From a virus, in the IMG/VR virus record IMGVR_UViG_3300023116_000035, positions 6,303-70,302 of that record: a DNA stretch of 64,000 bases. One strand, given 5' to 3'. The translations under genes and the position numbers were made by a program. Of the stretch, positions 1-10,600 are shown in pieces. Below the pieces are notes generated by a model that was not told the DNA's origin, did no database searches, and was given only the letters and a program-made list of their open reading frames with translations. Positions within the stretch are counted from its first letter, which is position 1. Each line of letters starts with the position of its first letter.

Positions 1-3000
1 ACAACTCCGTTGCTTGTTTTTGCTAATAGAGGTTTGGATGCTTTTAAGGCTTACAATTCCGAGTTGATTAGATTCGCTAAGATTGCGGATAGGAATATTG
101 ATCAACTTAAGTCCTTTGAGGATGCTGTTTATGATCTTAGCCAGACGTTTGGTTTGAGTCGTGAATTGATTGTCGGTGTCGCTGCTGACTTTGCTGAACT
201 CGGTATTTCTTCTGAAGAGAACCTTTTGAAACTGAGTCAGATTACTTCTGAGATGTCCATTTTGGGTTCGATGGATGTCGGGTCTGCTAGAGAGTTGACT
301 CAAACAATGTTCTTGGGTATGCAGAGAACGTTGAACCTTACTAGACAGAACATGTCTGCTCAAGAGAAGCAGGCTGCTGCTATTGCTGCAACGAATGCAC
401 AGTTGATGTTGTTTAACGCTATTGAAAACAACACGGCTATGTCGTTCCGTGATCTTGCTGTTGCTATGCCTGAAGCGCAGGCGGCGGCTACTGCTTTTGG
501 TTTGACGATGACGCAGACTGCTGGTCTGCTTGCTCCGATGAAGGCGGCTGGTATCGATGTTTCTACTGCTGCTAACGGCTTGAAGGTTTCGTTCCAGAGA
601 CTTATTTCGCCTACTAAGAAGGCTGAACAGACGATGGCTGATCTTGTTGATACGTATGGTGATGCTACTGGTGTTCTTGAAGAAGCATTTGATCAGATTC
701 AGGGGCTGGGTGTTGATTCGATTCAGGGTCTTATTGATGCGACTATGGAGTTGCGTGATGTTGCTTCTGACGAAACTGTGTCAAAGTTCTTCACCGACCT
801 ATTCCAGAAGCGTCAGGCTACCAGAATTCTTACTGCTATTGATGACTTGGTTGCATTCCAGAGAGAACTTAACAATGTTGCTATTGTAGGCAATCAATCT
901 CTTGCTGATATTGTTAACTCGGCTTTGGAGGCTGGGAATGCTGCTCACGGTGCAAGTATAACTCTTGTTGATGATTATGCTTCTATTGCTAATATTGCAA
1001 AGATTGCTAATACATCTATTCAAGACATCAAGTCTGGCGCTTTGGAGATTGATGGTCGAATTGTTACGGCGGCAGATAAAGAGGCTGCTATGGCGGTTCG
1101 TCAAGAACTTGGTGACTTGGTTCGTGAACTTAAGGATGCTGAGGGCATTGACCTTATTGATCAGATTTCAAGCCAGGGCGGTAAAGCAATGTTTGTTGAG
1201 TTGCTTGGTGCTTCTAATGCACAGGAACTGGCTCAGAACGAGCTTAACATTGCTTTGAATTCAACCTCTACGGCTATTGATCGTATGAAGAACTCGTTCA
1301 AGAATATTGCTGCTGATTTAATCAGTACGGTTGCTCCGTTGATTGAGAAAGTTTCTAAGGCAGTCAGCGATTTTGCTACAGCGTTTAGAAACTTGTCTCC
1401 TGCCTTTAAGCAAGCAATTCTTGGATTTGGTGCGGTTGTTGCTTCTATTGGTCCGTTGGTGTTTATCTTTGGTCAGTTGAAACTGGCTTCTGGTGTGATG
1501 CTTAATTCGCTGCTTAGAGTTGTGCCGGGTTTGAAGACTCTTTCTGTCGAGTCTGTTGCTTCTGCTAGCAAGCTTATGTTCTTGAAGAACGGTTTGACTA
1601 GAACGGGTGACACGATTGTTAACACGAATAGCCGTTTTGCTACTTTAATTGCGACGATTGCTAGTGGCAATGGCCCTATGGCAAAACTTGCTGGTTCGTT
1701 CGGTCGCATGACTGGGATGCTCAATAAGACAAGAACTGCGGCTGGTGATGTTGTAAGTCTTGTTGATGAGATGAAGGCTTCTGCTGATCGTGTGGCATCT
1801 ACAACTTTTGGTGGAACCCCTATGGGGATGGGTGGTGCAGGAAAGAAGACTCCACCGATAAACATAACTGGTGTTTCCGGAACCGCTCCAGTAGCAACAG
1901 CGGCAACTGCTGCATCTCCTGTATTTAAACCATACAAGGGTATGCCAGCGCCTCCTGTTGTGACTCCCGACGCAAGAGATACTTTTAAAGCTGAAAGAGA
2001 TCGAATTAAAGCGGTTTCTAAGCGTTTAGCGATAACTGAAGCAGAGGCTGCTAAATATAGAGTAGATCAGGCAACAGGTCAAGTTAGAAAGAATGGACGA
2101 TTTGTAAGCGCATTTGAAGCAAATGTTCTAAAGCAGGAAGAGGCAAAAAGATCTGCTAGAGAACGAATGGCTTTTGTGAATAGAAAAAAGCAAGCAGAAG
2201 ATTTTTACAATCAAACCATTAAGCAAAAGGTTGATCAACAGAATGCTGCAATTAGACAGCAAAATGCAGCAACTGCTAAAGCGGCTGCTGCCGCTGATGC
2301 GCGTGCTAAGAAGGCTGCAACGAAACAGGCCGATGTTGCAAGGCGTGCTGCTGGTGCTAAGCAAAGGGAGTTAAAAGCGGAGCAGGCTGCGTTTAGGCAG
2401 GCAAGAAGGCAGGCGCTTGATTTTAATAAGAATCAGGCTCAAATTTTTGAAGCAAGAAAGAATTTGACTGCTAAAGCTGTTGTTGAAAACAATAAACTTG
2501 TTAAGCAGTTTGCCTTTAAGGGCAGAGAGATTACTGAGGCTCAGGCTCAATCTATTGGTGCTGGTGGTCTGGGTGGTATGCGTACTCGAGCCGGTCTTGC
2601 TGCTGGTCGTGCTAAGTCTGCTGTTGTTGGTAAGGCTGGTGCTGCTGCTGGCGCTGTAAAGGGTGCTGCTGCTGCGCCATTTATTGCTGCTAAGAAAGCA
2701 ATTACTGATGCAACTGCTGCTTCTGTTGCTTTTGGCACTACTGCCCCTGGCATGTTTAGTAAGGCTGGTCTTGGTATGAAGGGCTTTGTCGGCTCAATCC
2801 TTAGAGGTGTTAAGGCCATGAAGCTTCTTAAGATTGCATTGATTTCTAGCGGTATCGGAGCAATTTTTGTTGGTATTGGTGTTGTTGTTGCTCTTGTGAT
2901 GAAGAATATGGATAATTTGAGGTCGAAGGGCGCTAGTTTGATGTCTTCTCTTAAGAAGGCTTTTGCAACTATTAAAGATGCTTTGATGGCTTTGATTAGT

Positions 3001-5865
3001 CCTATTCTTGATCTTATTGTGACTATTGCTGGTGTGGGTAATAGTGGTGAGGATGCTGGTTCTAAGATGGGTGCTGCTTTGGCTAATATTGGTACTGCTA
3101 TTGAGGCTATTGCTGATGGATTTAAGTGGTTGATTGAGACTGTTGTTGTTCCTGTTGTAAAGATCTGGGCTGATCTGTTTTATCAGGTGTTTAGTTTTAT
3201 AACTGGTATTGTTAAGGGATTTATTAAAATATTTAAGGGTGATTGGAAGGAAGGTTTGAAGGCTATTGGTAGTGCTTTCCTTAATCTTGGTAAGGCTTTG
3301 TTGAGAATTGCTGCTCCTATTCTTGAAAAAATTAGCAATGGTTTCTTTACTGCTGTTAAGTTTATTGTTGATGTTTTCGCTTGGATGTTAACAAGTGTGA
3401 TTGAAATTTGGTACAAACTTGTGATGTTTAATTTGCTTGTTGGGCGAAAGATCATGAATATTATTGCAAAACTTGTGAGCTTTATTGTTCAGGCATTTGG
3501 TCATGGTATTAAACTTGTTGGCGATGTTTTAGCTACATTGGTTGATGCGTTTGCTCTTGTTGCTGACAATGTTAGCGGCATAATGAGCTTCCTTAGCGGT
3601 GGTCTTATTCCTGAAACTGATTTTGCAGGTGTTGCTGATGGGGTCAGAGGGTTCTTTGATGGTGTTGGTGATTCTGTCATCGGTTTCAGTGACACTATGC
3701 AAGATAGTGTTAATGCTGTTTTCGATTTGATTGAATACGGTATTACTGTTGGTAAGGATGCCGCTGTCGGGTTTATTGATGGCATTTCGGGCAGTATTGA
3801 AAGTGCTAAAGACGTTGTTGGTGATTTCTTTAAAGAGATGGCTAAGGGTGATAGTGGTATTGCTGAGGGTTCTGGTAAGGAGTTTATTAACGAGTTCTTT
3901 GAGGGTGCTGAGGAAGAGAATCCTTATGAGATGATGGATGAGTTGCTTGAGCCTACTTTGGACTTGAGCGAAGATGCTGGTGGTGCTGCTGGTGAGGCAT
4001 TTGCTGATAAGTTCAAGGAGGCTTTGCAGGAGATCCGTCAGACTTTTGTTGATCTTGTTGGTGAGTATTTGACTGATGAGATTAAGAGTGTGACTGATGA
4101 TTTGACTAGTGCCTTGGAAGATCAGAGGGATGCGGCTCTTGCTGTGTTTGAAGATCAACTTGAGGTGATTGATAAGCTGGGGAAAGCTGAAGAGTCTTTG
4201 ACTAAAGAGAAGCAGTATCAGGCTGATTTGCGTGCTGCTCAGGATGAGCGTGAACTGAACCGCCAGAATTATGTACGTAATCGTGCGCTGGCTATTTACG
4301 AGGGTCGTATTGATGATGCTCGCATGTTGGATCGTGAAGAGCAGAAGAGCAAACTGGATTCTGCTGCAAGTATTTCAAATCTTGAGCAGAAGCGTAATGA
4401 TGATTTGCGTAAGGAGAATCTTGCTTTCCTTAAGGACTCTATTAAGGATGCTAAGAAGCAGGCTGACGATTTCTTTAAAGAGCAGATTGCCGCTTTCAAG
4501 GAGGCTTCTAAGGATATAACGAAGTTTGCCCCTCAGACAATTGAGGATTATGAGTCTCAGTTGAATGAGTTGACCGCTCTGGCTACTCAGTTTAGTGAAG
4601 ATAATGCTATTGAATTTGCTAAGACGTTTGATGAGATGCAAACAAAAATTGTTAATGAGATGCCTAATAAAACTGTGGGTGTGTTCAGTAGCAATCTTGA
4701 TGATCTGATTACCACCGCTAAAGCTAAGTTCGGTTTGAATGATGAAGAGGACAGCATTGTTGGTGCGACTGTTGGAATGCTTGCTGCTATGGGCAACGCT
4801 TTTGACCCTGAGAGTGAAGAGGGTCAGAAGATTACGACAAACTTTGATTCCATTCTTGTTGGATTGAAGGATCAGATTAAAGACACCGGTGATACTGGTA
4901 TTGCGAAGACTATTGAAAATCATGGACCTCAGGCGGTTTTGGAGGCCGCAATTGAACATGCTAATGAAAGCATTCTTAATAAGTGGAGAGGAACTATTGA
5001 TCATATTATTTCTGAGGTTGATGATCTTGCTGACTTGATGGACCCGATGATTGCAAACGTTCTTGAGGCTCAGATGGCTTTTGAGGCTATGGAAGAGGCT
5101 GCCAAGAGTGCTGGCTCTGCTGCTGCTGGTGCTGGCTCTGGCGGAGGCGGTGGAGGCGGCGGTGGAGGCGGCGGTGGAGGCGGCTCTGGCTCTGGTGGCT
5201 CTGGTGGTGAAATTATTAGATACAACCAGAGCGGTATGGGTGCTGATGCTCTCGCCAGAAAAACTGCTGGTTTGAATGTGAAAGCATTTGTTGATGATTA
5301 TGCAAAAAATAATTGGTCAGGTCTTAGATATGACACTTTGAAACTGTATAAAGACAAACTTAGTAAAGTCCTTGAAGTGATGTCTACTGAACTTGTTCTC
5401 AATAATACAAGCAAGCATCAGCAGATTTACAATGAAGCTCTTGCGAAGGAAGGTCCAGCCATTGACAGAGGTGTTAAGGCTTATGCTGGTTTGAAGTTCC
5501 CGAATACGATTACGAGACAGTATGGTGGGTATGTTCCTGGATTCAGGTCTGCTGGTGTTCCATCAATGCTGCACGGTGGTGAGTTTGTAATTAATTCTAA
5601 GGCTGTAAGCAATATTGGTATGGCTGCTCTTCAGGCTTTGAATAATATGAGGTTTGCTACGCCGGGTCGATTTGGTGGTGGTCAGAATGTCACCACTATT
5701 AATAAGTCTGAGACTGTGAATATTTATGTTGAGAACTTTATTGGTGAAGATGAGTGGTTTAACAATATGGTTTCTCAGTATGATATGAAGATTCGCCCTA
5801 TTAATGATAAGAAGTTTAATATGGAAGATCGTTTCTATACGACTTATAAGGGAGCGAGTTATTAA
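1..5865 (+). CDS. Tape measure protein (5'-truncated by window edge)
   Basis: ~1950-aa Ala/Gly/Leu-rich helical ORF with a TP901-type N-terminal region, hydrophobic repeats and a C-terminal 'GGYVPG...LHGGEFVINSKAV' motif typical of TMPs; precedes tail genes. Confidence 0.9.
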   Translation, partial: TTPLLVFANRGLDAFKAYNSELIRFAKIADRNIDQLKSFEDAVYDLSQTFGLSRELIVGVAADFAELGISSEENLLKLSQITSEMSILGSMDVGSARELTQTMFLGMQRTLNLTRQNMSAQEKQAAAIAATNAQLMLFNAIENNTAMSFRDLAVAMPEAQAAATAFGLTMTQTAGLLAPMKAAGIDVSTAANGLKVSFQRLISPTKKAEQTMADLVDTYGDATGVLEEAFDQIQGLGVDSIQGLIDATMELRDVASDETVSKFFTDLFQKRQATRILTAIDDLVAFQRELNNVAIVGNQSLADIVNSALEAGNAAHGASITLVDDYASIANIAKIANTSIQDIKSGALEIDGRIVTAADKEAAMAVRQELGDLVRELKDAEGIDLIDQISSQGGKAMFVELLGASNAQELAQNELNIALNSTSTAIDRMKNSFKNIAADLISTVAPLIEKVSKAVSDFATAFRNLSPAFKQAILGFGAVVASIGPLVFIFGQLKLASGVMLNSLLRVVPGLKTLSVESVASASKLMFLKNGLTRTGDTIVNTNSRFATLIATIASGNGPMAKLAGSFGRMTGMLNKTRTAAGDVVSLVDEMKASADRVASTTFGGTPMGMGGAGKKTPPINITGVSGTAPVATAATAASPVFKPYKGMPAPPVVTPDARDTFKAERDRIKAVSKRLAITEAEAAKYRVDQATGQVRKNGRFVSAFEANVLKQEEAKRSARERMAFVNRKKQAEDFYNQTIKQKVDQQNAAIRQQNAATAKAAAAADARAKKAATKQADVARRAAGAKQRELKAEQAAFRQARRQALDFNKNQAQIFEARKNLTAKAVVENNKLVKQFAFKGREITEAQAQSIGAGGLGGMRTRAGLAAGRAKSAVVGKAGAAAGAVKGAAAAPFIAAKKAITDATAASVAFGTTAPGMFSKAGLGMKGFVGSILRGVKAMKLLKIALISSGIGAIFVGIGVVVALVMKNMDNLRSKGASLMSSLKKAFATIKDALMALISPILDLIVTIAGVGNSGEDAGSKMGAALANIGTAIEAIADGFKWLIETVVVPVVKIWADLFYQVFSFITGIVKGFIKIFKGDWKEGLKAIGSAFLNLGKALLRIAAPILEKISNGFFTAVKFIVDVFAWMLTSVIEIWYKLVMFNLLVGRKIMNIIAKLVSFIVQAFGHGIKLVGDVLATLVDAFALVADNVSGIMSFLSGGLIPETDFAGVADGVRGFFDGVGDSVIGFSDTMQDSVNAVFDLIEYGITVGKDAAVGFIDGISGSIESAKDVVGDFFKEMAKGDSGIAEGSGKEFINEFFEGAEEENPYEMMDELLEPTLDLSEDAGGAAGEAFADKFKEALQEIRQTFVDLVGEYLTDEIKSVTDDLTSALEDQRDAALAVFEDQLEVIDKLGKAEESLTKEKQYQADLRAAQDERELNRQNYVRNRALAIYEGRIDDARMLDREEQKSKLDSAASISNLEQKRNDDLRKENLAFLKDSIKDAKKQADDFFKEQIAAFKEASKDITKFAPQTIEDYESQLNELTALATQFSEDNAIEFAKTFDEMQTKIVNEMPNKTVGVFSSNLDDLITTAKAKFGLNDEEDSIVGATVGMLAAMGNAFDPESEEGQKITTNFDSILVGLKDQIKDTGDTGIAKTIENHGPQAVLEAAIEHANESILNKWRGTIDHIISEVDDLADLMDPMIANVLEAQMAFEAMEEAAKSAGSAAAGAGSGGGGGGGGGGGGGGGSGSGGSGGEIIRYNQSGMGADALARKTAGLNVKAFVDDYAKNNWSGLRYDTLKLYKDKLSKVLEVMSTELVLNNTSKHQQIYNEALAKEGPAIDRGVKAYAGLKFPNTITRQYGGYVPGFRSAGVPSMLHGGEFVINSKAVSNIGMAALQALNNMRFATPGRFGGGQNVTTINKSETVNIYVENFIGEDEWFNNMVSQYDMKIRPINDKKFNMEDRFYTTYKGASY
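5139..5208 (+). repeat. Gly-coding GGC/GGT/GGA microsatellite within TMP
   Basis: (GGCGGTGGAGGC)n-like run encoding poly-Gly followed by GSG repeats. Confidence 0.85.
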
Positions 5866-5867
5866 CT

Positions 5868-6287
5868 ATGGCGGTGATTAGTAATCAGCAAACTGATCTG
5901 GTTAAGTATTTGTCTTTGAACGGCAGCGAGTTGACTGTTGGGTCTGCTAAGCACTCCGGTTCAGAGCAGTTGAATGTTTCTGATGTTGAAACTGCTGGGG
6001 GTCGTATTAAGAGGTATCACAAGAAAAATAAAAGATCTTTGAGTGTTTCTTATGAATATATCCCTTCAAATTCAGATAAAACTGTTGATGGCCGTAAGGG
6101 ACGGGACTTTATCTACAATCTTGCTGTCAGTGCTCCTCAAGTAACAATTTCTTATAAAGATGAACCAAACGGTTCCGTGGTTTCCTATACAGGTTTTATT
6201 GATAGTTACTCAGAGAGTATAATTAGAAGAGATCCTGTAGGGCAGTGTGTCTACTATCAGATCAATTTTGAACTTGTGGAGGCATAA
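5868..6287 (+). CDS. Minor tail protein (distal-tail-like)
   Basis: 139 aa immediately after TMP; beta-rich; similar to the C-terminal domain of the next ORF. Confidence 0.6.
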   Translation: MAVISNQQTDLVKYLSLNGSELTVGSAKHSGSEQLNVSDVETAGGRIKRYHKKNKRSLSVSYEYIPSNSDKTVDGRKGRDFIYNLAVSAPQVTISYKDEPNGSVVSYTGFIDSYSESIIRRDPVGQCVYYQINFELVEA

Positions 6288-7642
6288 TGGGTAGCGGTAA
6301 TTATAGCAAATATTCTTTTTCTTCTTCTGCTGGCAATGTAGATTTTTATGGCAATGATCCTTTATATCCAAAGATTTTAACGACTTCCGAGTCGTCTTTA
6401 ACGGTTGAAGGCACAAAGATTTCTTATGCGTCTGCTTCTTTGTCTGCGTCTGCTACGTCGTCTGTGACGGCCTTTGAGATTCAACTGGCTAGCCCTAATT
6501 TTGATGGCGACGTTGCAACAGTAACTATTGCTCTTGAAATATTAAAAGGTCAGATATTTTTAGATGGCGATACAACCCTTGCTGTTTCTGGAACGAAAGA
6601 GGCTTATGCGTCTTCGGCTCTGTCAGTTAGTGGAACTTTAACTTCTACTGCTCTTGAGATTCTTATACCAGGTGTTGATTCTGCTAGCGGCGATGTTGAT
6701 GTTGTGGTTGCTGGTACGAAAATTGCCACCGCCTCAGCGTCTGTGTCTATTACATCAGATTTAACATCTGATGCTATTAGAATTCCGGGTATCAATATCG
6801 CCATGTCTGGTTCAGCAAGTTTGACTGCTGTTTCTTTAAAAGAGGCTTACTCTGCTGTTCAAATATCTGATGGTGATGGTCAACTTAATGCTGAGGCATT
6901 TAAGTTTGCTTATTCTTCTTCTGGTTTGTCAATTAGTAATGATTTAACTGCAACATCATTGAAGCAAGCCTATAGTTCTACATCGACATCAGGTTCTGGT
7001 TCCGCAAGCGCAACTGCTCTTGAAATTCTTTTTACTGGTTCTGTAACTTCTGGTGCGGCTGTTTCTTTTATAACTGCTAAAGAGATAGTTTTTGGGCGAG
7101 CTGCATTGTCAGGAACAGTCAGTTCTCCACTATCTAATGTCATTCCTGGTGTTGTTATTCTTTCTGCTGAGACAAGAATGGTTGCCGGTGCGACTAAATT
7201 TAGCCCAAGTATTGCCGAAGATGTCCAGACGATTAGGACTCTAGTTTCTATTGATGGCAAGCCTTTAAGCGAGCATAATCGCAAGTTCCAATCATCTATT
7301 ATTCAGTCTTTTGTGGAAAACAGAAACTGGGCGGCCAGTAGAAGCAGGTATTATAAAGCCTCTAGTGGAAGAAAGACTTTTTCTATTAGTTGGACTATGC
7401 TTCCTAGTGAGCGACATCAAACAGTAGATAATCGATTCGGTAGAGATAGGATTCATTCTATTGCTTCAGACCCAGATGTGCATACTTTAAAGATGTTGAA
7501 TCTTGATTCAAACGGAACTACTCCTTATACTGAAACAGAGTATAATGTATTAGTGAAGTCTTACAGTGAAAATTTAGTTCGTCGGGATATCAATAATGAT
7601 ATGTATTTGTGGGATTGCTCTATTGAACTGGAGGAAGTGTAA
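6287..7642 (+). CDS. Minor tail protein with Ser/Ala-rich repeats
   Basis: Recurring 'A.ASxSLS.S..LT' units; C-terminal domain resembles ORF 5868; tail-operon position. Confidence 0.6.
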   Translation: MGSGNYSKYSFSSSAGNVDFYGNDPLYPKILTTSESSLTVEGTKISYASASLSASATSSVTAFEIQLASPNFDGDVATVTIALEILKGQIFLDGDTTLAVSGTKEAYASSALSVSGTLTSTALEILIPGVDSASGDVDVVVAGTKIATASASVSITSDLTSDAIRIPGINIAMSGSASLTAVSLKEAYSAVQISDGDGQLNAEAFKFAYSSSGLSISNDLTATSLKQAYSSTSTSGSGSASATALEILFTGSVTSGAAVSFITAKEIVFGRAALSGTVSSPLSNVIPGVVILSAETRMVAGATKFSPSIAEDVQTIRTLVSIDGKPLSEHNRKFQSSIIQSFVENRNWAASRSRYYKASSGRKTFSISWTMLPSERHQTVDNRFGRDRIHSIASDPDVHTLKMLNLDSNGTTPYTETEYNVLVKSYSENLVRRDINNDMYLWDCSIELEEV

Positions 7643-10600
7643 ATGATTACTTCCGACATTTACGGTAATACTTTAACAAGCACGTTTAATTCTAAGACGA
7701 CTTCGGCTTCCCAGAGGTTGAAGCCTAAAGTTCTTGTTGATTGGTTGACTAGCAGAAACTGTACAACTTTGTCGGTTTCTGTTGATTCAAACAATCAACA
7801 TAGTTCAAATGCTCAGGGGGATTTAGGGTATTTCTTTGCTCCCGAGCAGGCTATGAATGGTTACGATAGACAGTCTTTCACTTGGGCTGTCGCTGATGCA
7901 AAAGATGTTGATGGGAATGTTATTAAAGCAGATGGCAACTGGTTTGCTATGCCAGCAGATTTGAGCGACGATTATGAATTTGGATGGTGGTCTGGATCGA
8001 CATCAACAGCAAACACTGAAGCAACCTACGGCGGATATGAGTTTGTTGATAACCCCACTGCTATTTTCACTTTTGATAGCAGGAAGTGTAATCTGATTAA
8101 GGTTGTAACTTCAGAATATTATGGTCAAGTTCACACTTACAGGTTGACGGTGAGAAGTTCTGATGCTGGACTTCCTGATCCAATGTATAGTGAAGTAATT
8201 ACTATTCCTGAAGATTCATATTATTATGAGCACTATTTACCAGTTTCTTTAGGTCATTCTACTATTGATACAGTTGAAGTTGAAATAATCTCAACAAGAA
8301 ATCCTCAGGATTATGGAAGAATTCAAGAAGTTAATCCTGTGTACCAGGTCGATGTCGCTGATGACATCACAAGTCTTAGTATTGAAAACACAAGAGACTT
8401 GCATGTTACTGAGATTCCAATTGCTGGTTCCGGCTCTGGCTCTGTTTCAATCGGTTTAGATAATACTAGCAAAGATTATAATGTTTTTAACAGTTCATCT
8501 GCTTATGGTTCTTATATGAAAAAGAACATAAAACTGCAATCAACTATTGGATGGCAAGTTCAAAAGCATGACTCCCTTTTTGTTGAAAAAGAGATTCGGG
8601 CAAATATTAGTGCTAGCGCAACAACTATAACTCTTGATAATACAAACGATCTTCCTGAAGGCGGCTCGGGCGAAGAGTACGTCATGATCATTGATCCAGA
8701 TAACTATACAAGGGAATATGTTCTTGTATCTGCAAAGACAGATACTTATACATTGTCAATTTCTCAACGGGGCTTTAACAACTCTATTGCTCGCAACCAC
8801 GCTGTAGGGACGAAGGTTGTTTTTGAAACGTATGAGTACCCAGAGTACATGCCGACTTATGTGAATGACTGGTCAGCACAGAGCGATAATATGTCGTCCG
8901 GAGCGTCAAGTTCTGATTGGTCAAGGTTTGCTTCTGAAAAAATTATTACCAATGGCTTCTTCTTAGAAAAGGTCACTGTTGCAGATGCTGTTAAAAATTT
9001 GTTGATGAGAACAAATTATCCTCAAGCAGATTACTCCAGTCTAAATACATTTAGCAGGTCGGCTTTGAGTAAGAATGCTATTTTGCACATGAACTTTTCT
9101 GAGCGTGCAATTGACAGAAGCGGTACGAGCATTCCTGTTAAAAATGGTCTTAGAGCAAGATTCTTTGCTATGCCTGAGGGTCGCTTTAATAAGGTTAAAG
9201 ACATTATTGCTGATGCTCTAGATAAGCAGCTGTCTCAACTCGAAAAAGCTTTGGGTGACAAGGCTTTTACCGTTCCTGACTACACTGTAAATACTGTTGA
9301 TATTAATTACGATATTAATAATGCTTTAGACTTGGTTGATTTTTCATTTACTGATGCTGGTGGTGAGACCATAGATGAGTACTACAATATGGTTTTTGAT
9401 GGGTATTACACTCCTCCTGATTCTGGAGATCAAGTTCTCGCCGTAGGGATTGCTCACGGCGGGGTTCGTATTTATTTGGAAGATACTTTAATTCTAGATG
9501 ACTACCGTATTCACCCAGTAGAAACTGCTACGTATACAGATATTGAGTCTGAGGTTGTCAACCTAGTGGCGGGTAAGCCATACAAAATCAGAATTGAATG
9601 TTTTCATATCATTTCAACAAATGATATTGATGGTAGTTTAAATGTTCAAGACTCAGATCAATTTAGTATCTACTTGCAGTATGCAATTGGGTCTGATCCC
9701 CTTTCAATTGTACCTATTGAAAATGTTTATACTATGGCTGCAATTGACCGTATTGGTTCTGTTGATGCTCCTTACACTTCTGGTTCGACTGATCGAAACA
9801 AGACTAGAAACAACGGTGTCTATTTGGGCGAAGCAAATGTGGGTTCCGATGGCGGTCTAGTTTCTGATCCCGAGAATTATTCTGTAAGATTTACTTCAGA
9901 TACGTACATGAGGCTGCCTTATGATTTGTCTTGGGATTTGAATAGTTCTGGTAGCGAAAACCACACTGGCGCTTGGTCTATTGAGTTGTATGTAAAACCT
10001 ACTAGTTCTGGATTTGGTGGTGACTATGCTTACATTAGTAGTTTTGATGGTGCTTCTCCGACTGGTGGTTTTGAGTTCTTTAATAGTAGTGCTTCTAATG
10101 GATTTAGTATTGAAACATCTTCTGGTATAGAGCAGGTTTCTGCAACAGATCCGTTGACTTCTTGGGAATGGTCTCATGTTGTTGTAACTTATGATGGAAC
10201 TTATATTAAGTATTATTTAAACGGAGATCTACAGGATACGCTAGAGGTTGCAGGAACAATTTCTTCTTGGAACAATTTGGATATTGGTTTTGGTGGTCGC
10301 AATGCTTACTATCTTGTTGGTACAGGCGAAGTTTCTCCTTCTAATCTGAAAGACTTTTTCTGTGACCAGTTCTTGATTTACAACAAGTCGCTCTCCACTT
10401 CAGAAGTCGCTGATCGCTACACAGAGGCTGTGATGCAGCCGCTGACAGTGTATCCGTTCCTGTACGGCAACGAGGCATCGGCAAAAGACATTATTGAAGA
10501 AATTACTCTTGCAGATTTAGGGCGTTTTTACATTGACGAAACAGGTAAAGCAAAGTATGAGCATTTTTACGCATTCTTTGAACCGACTATTGATAAACAT

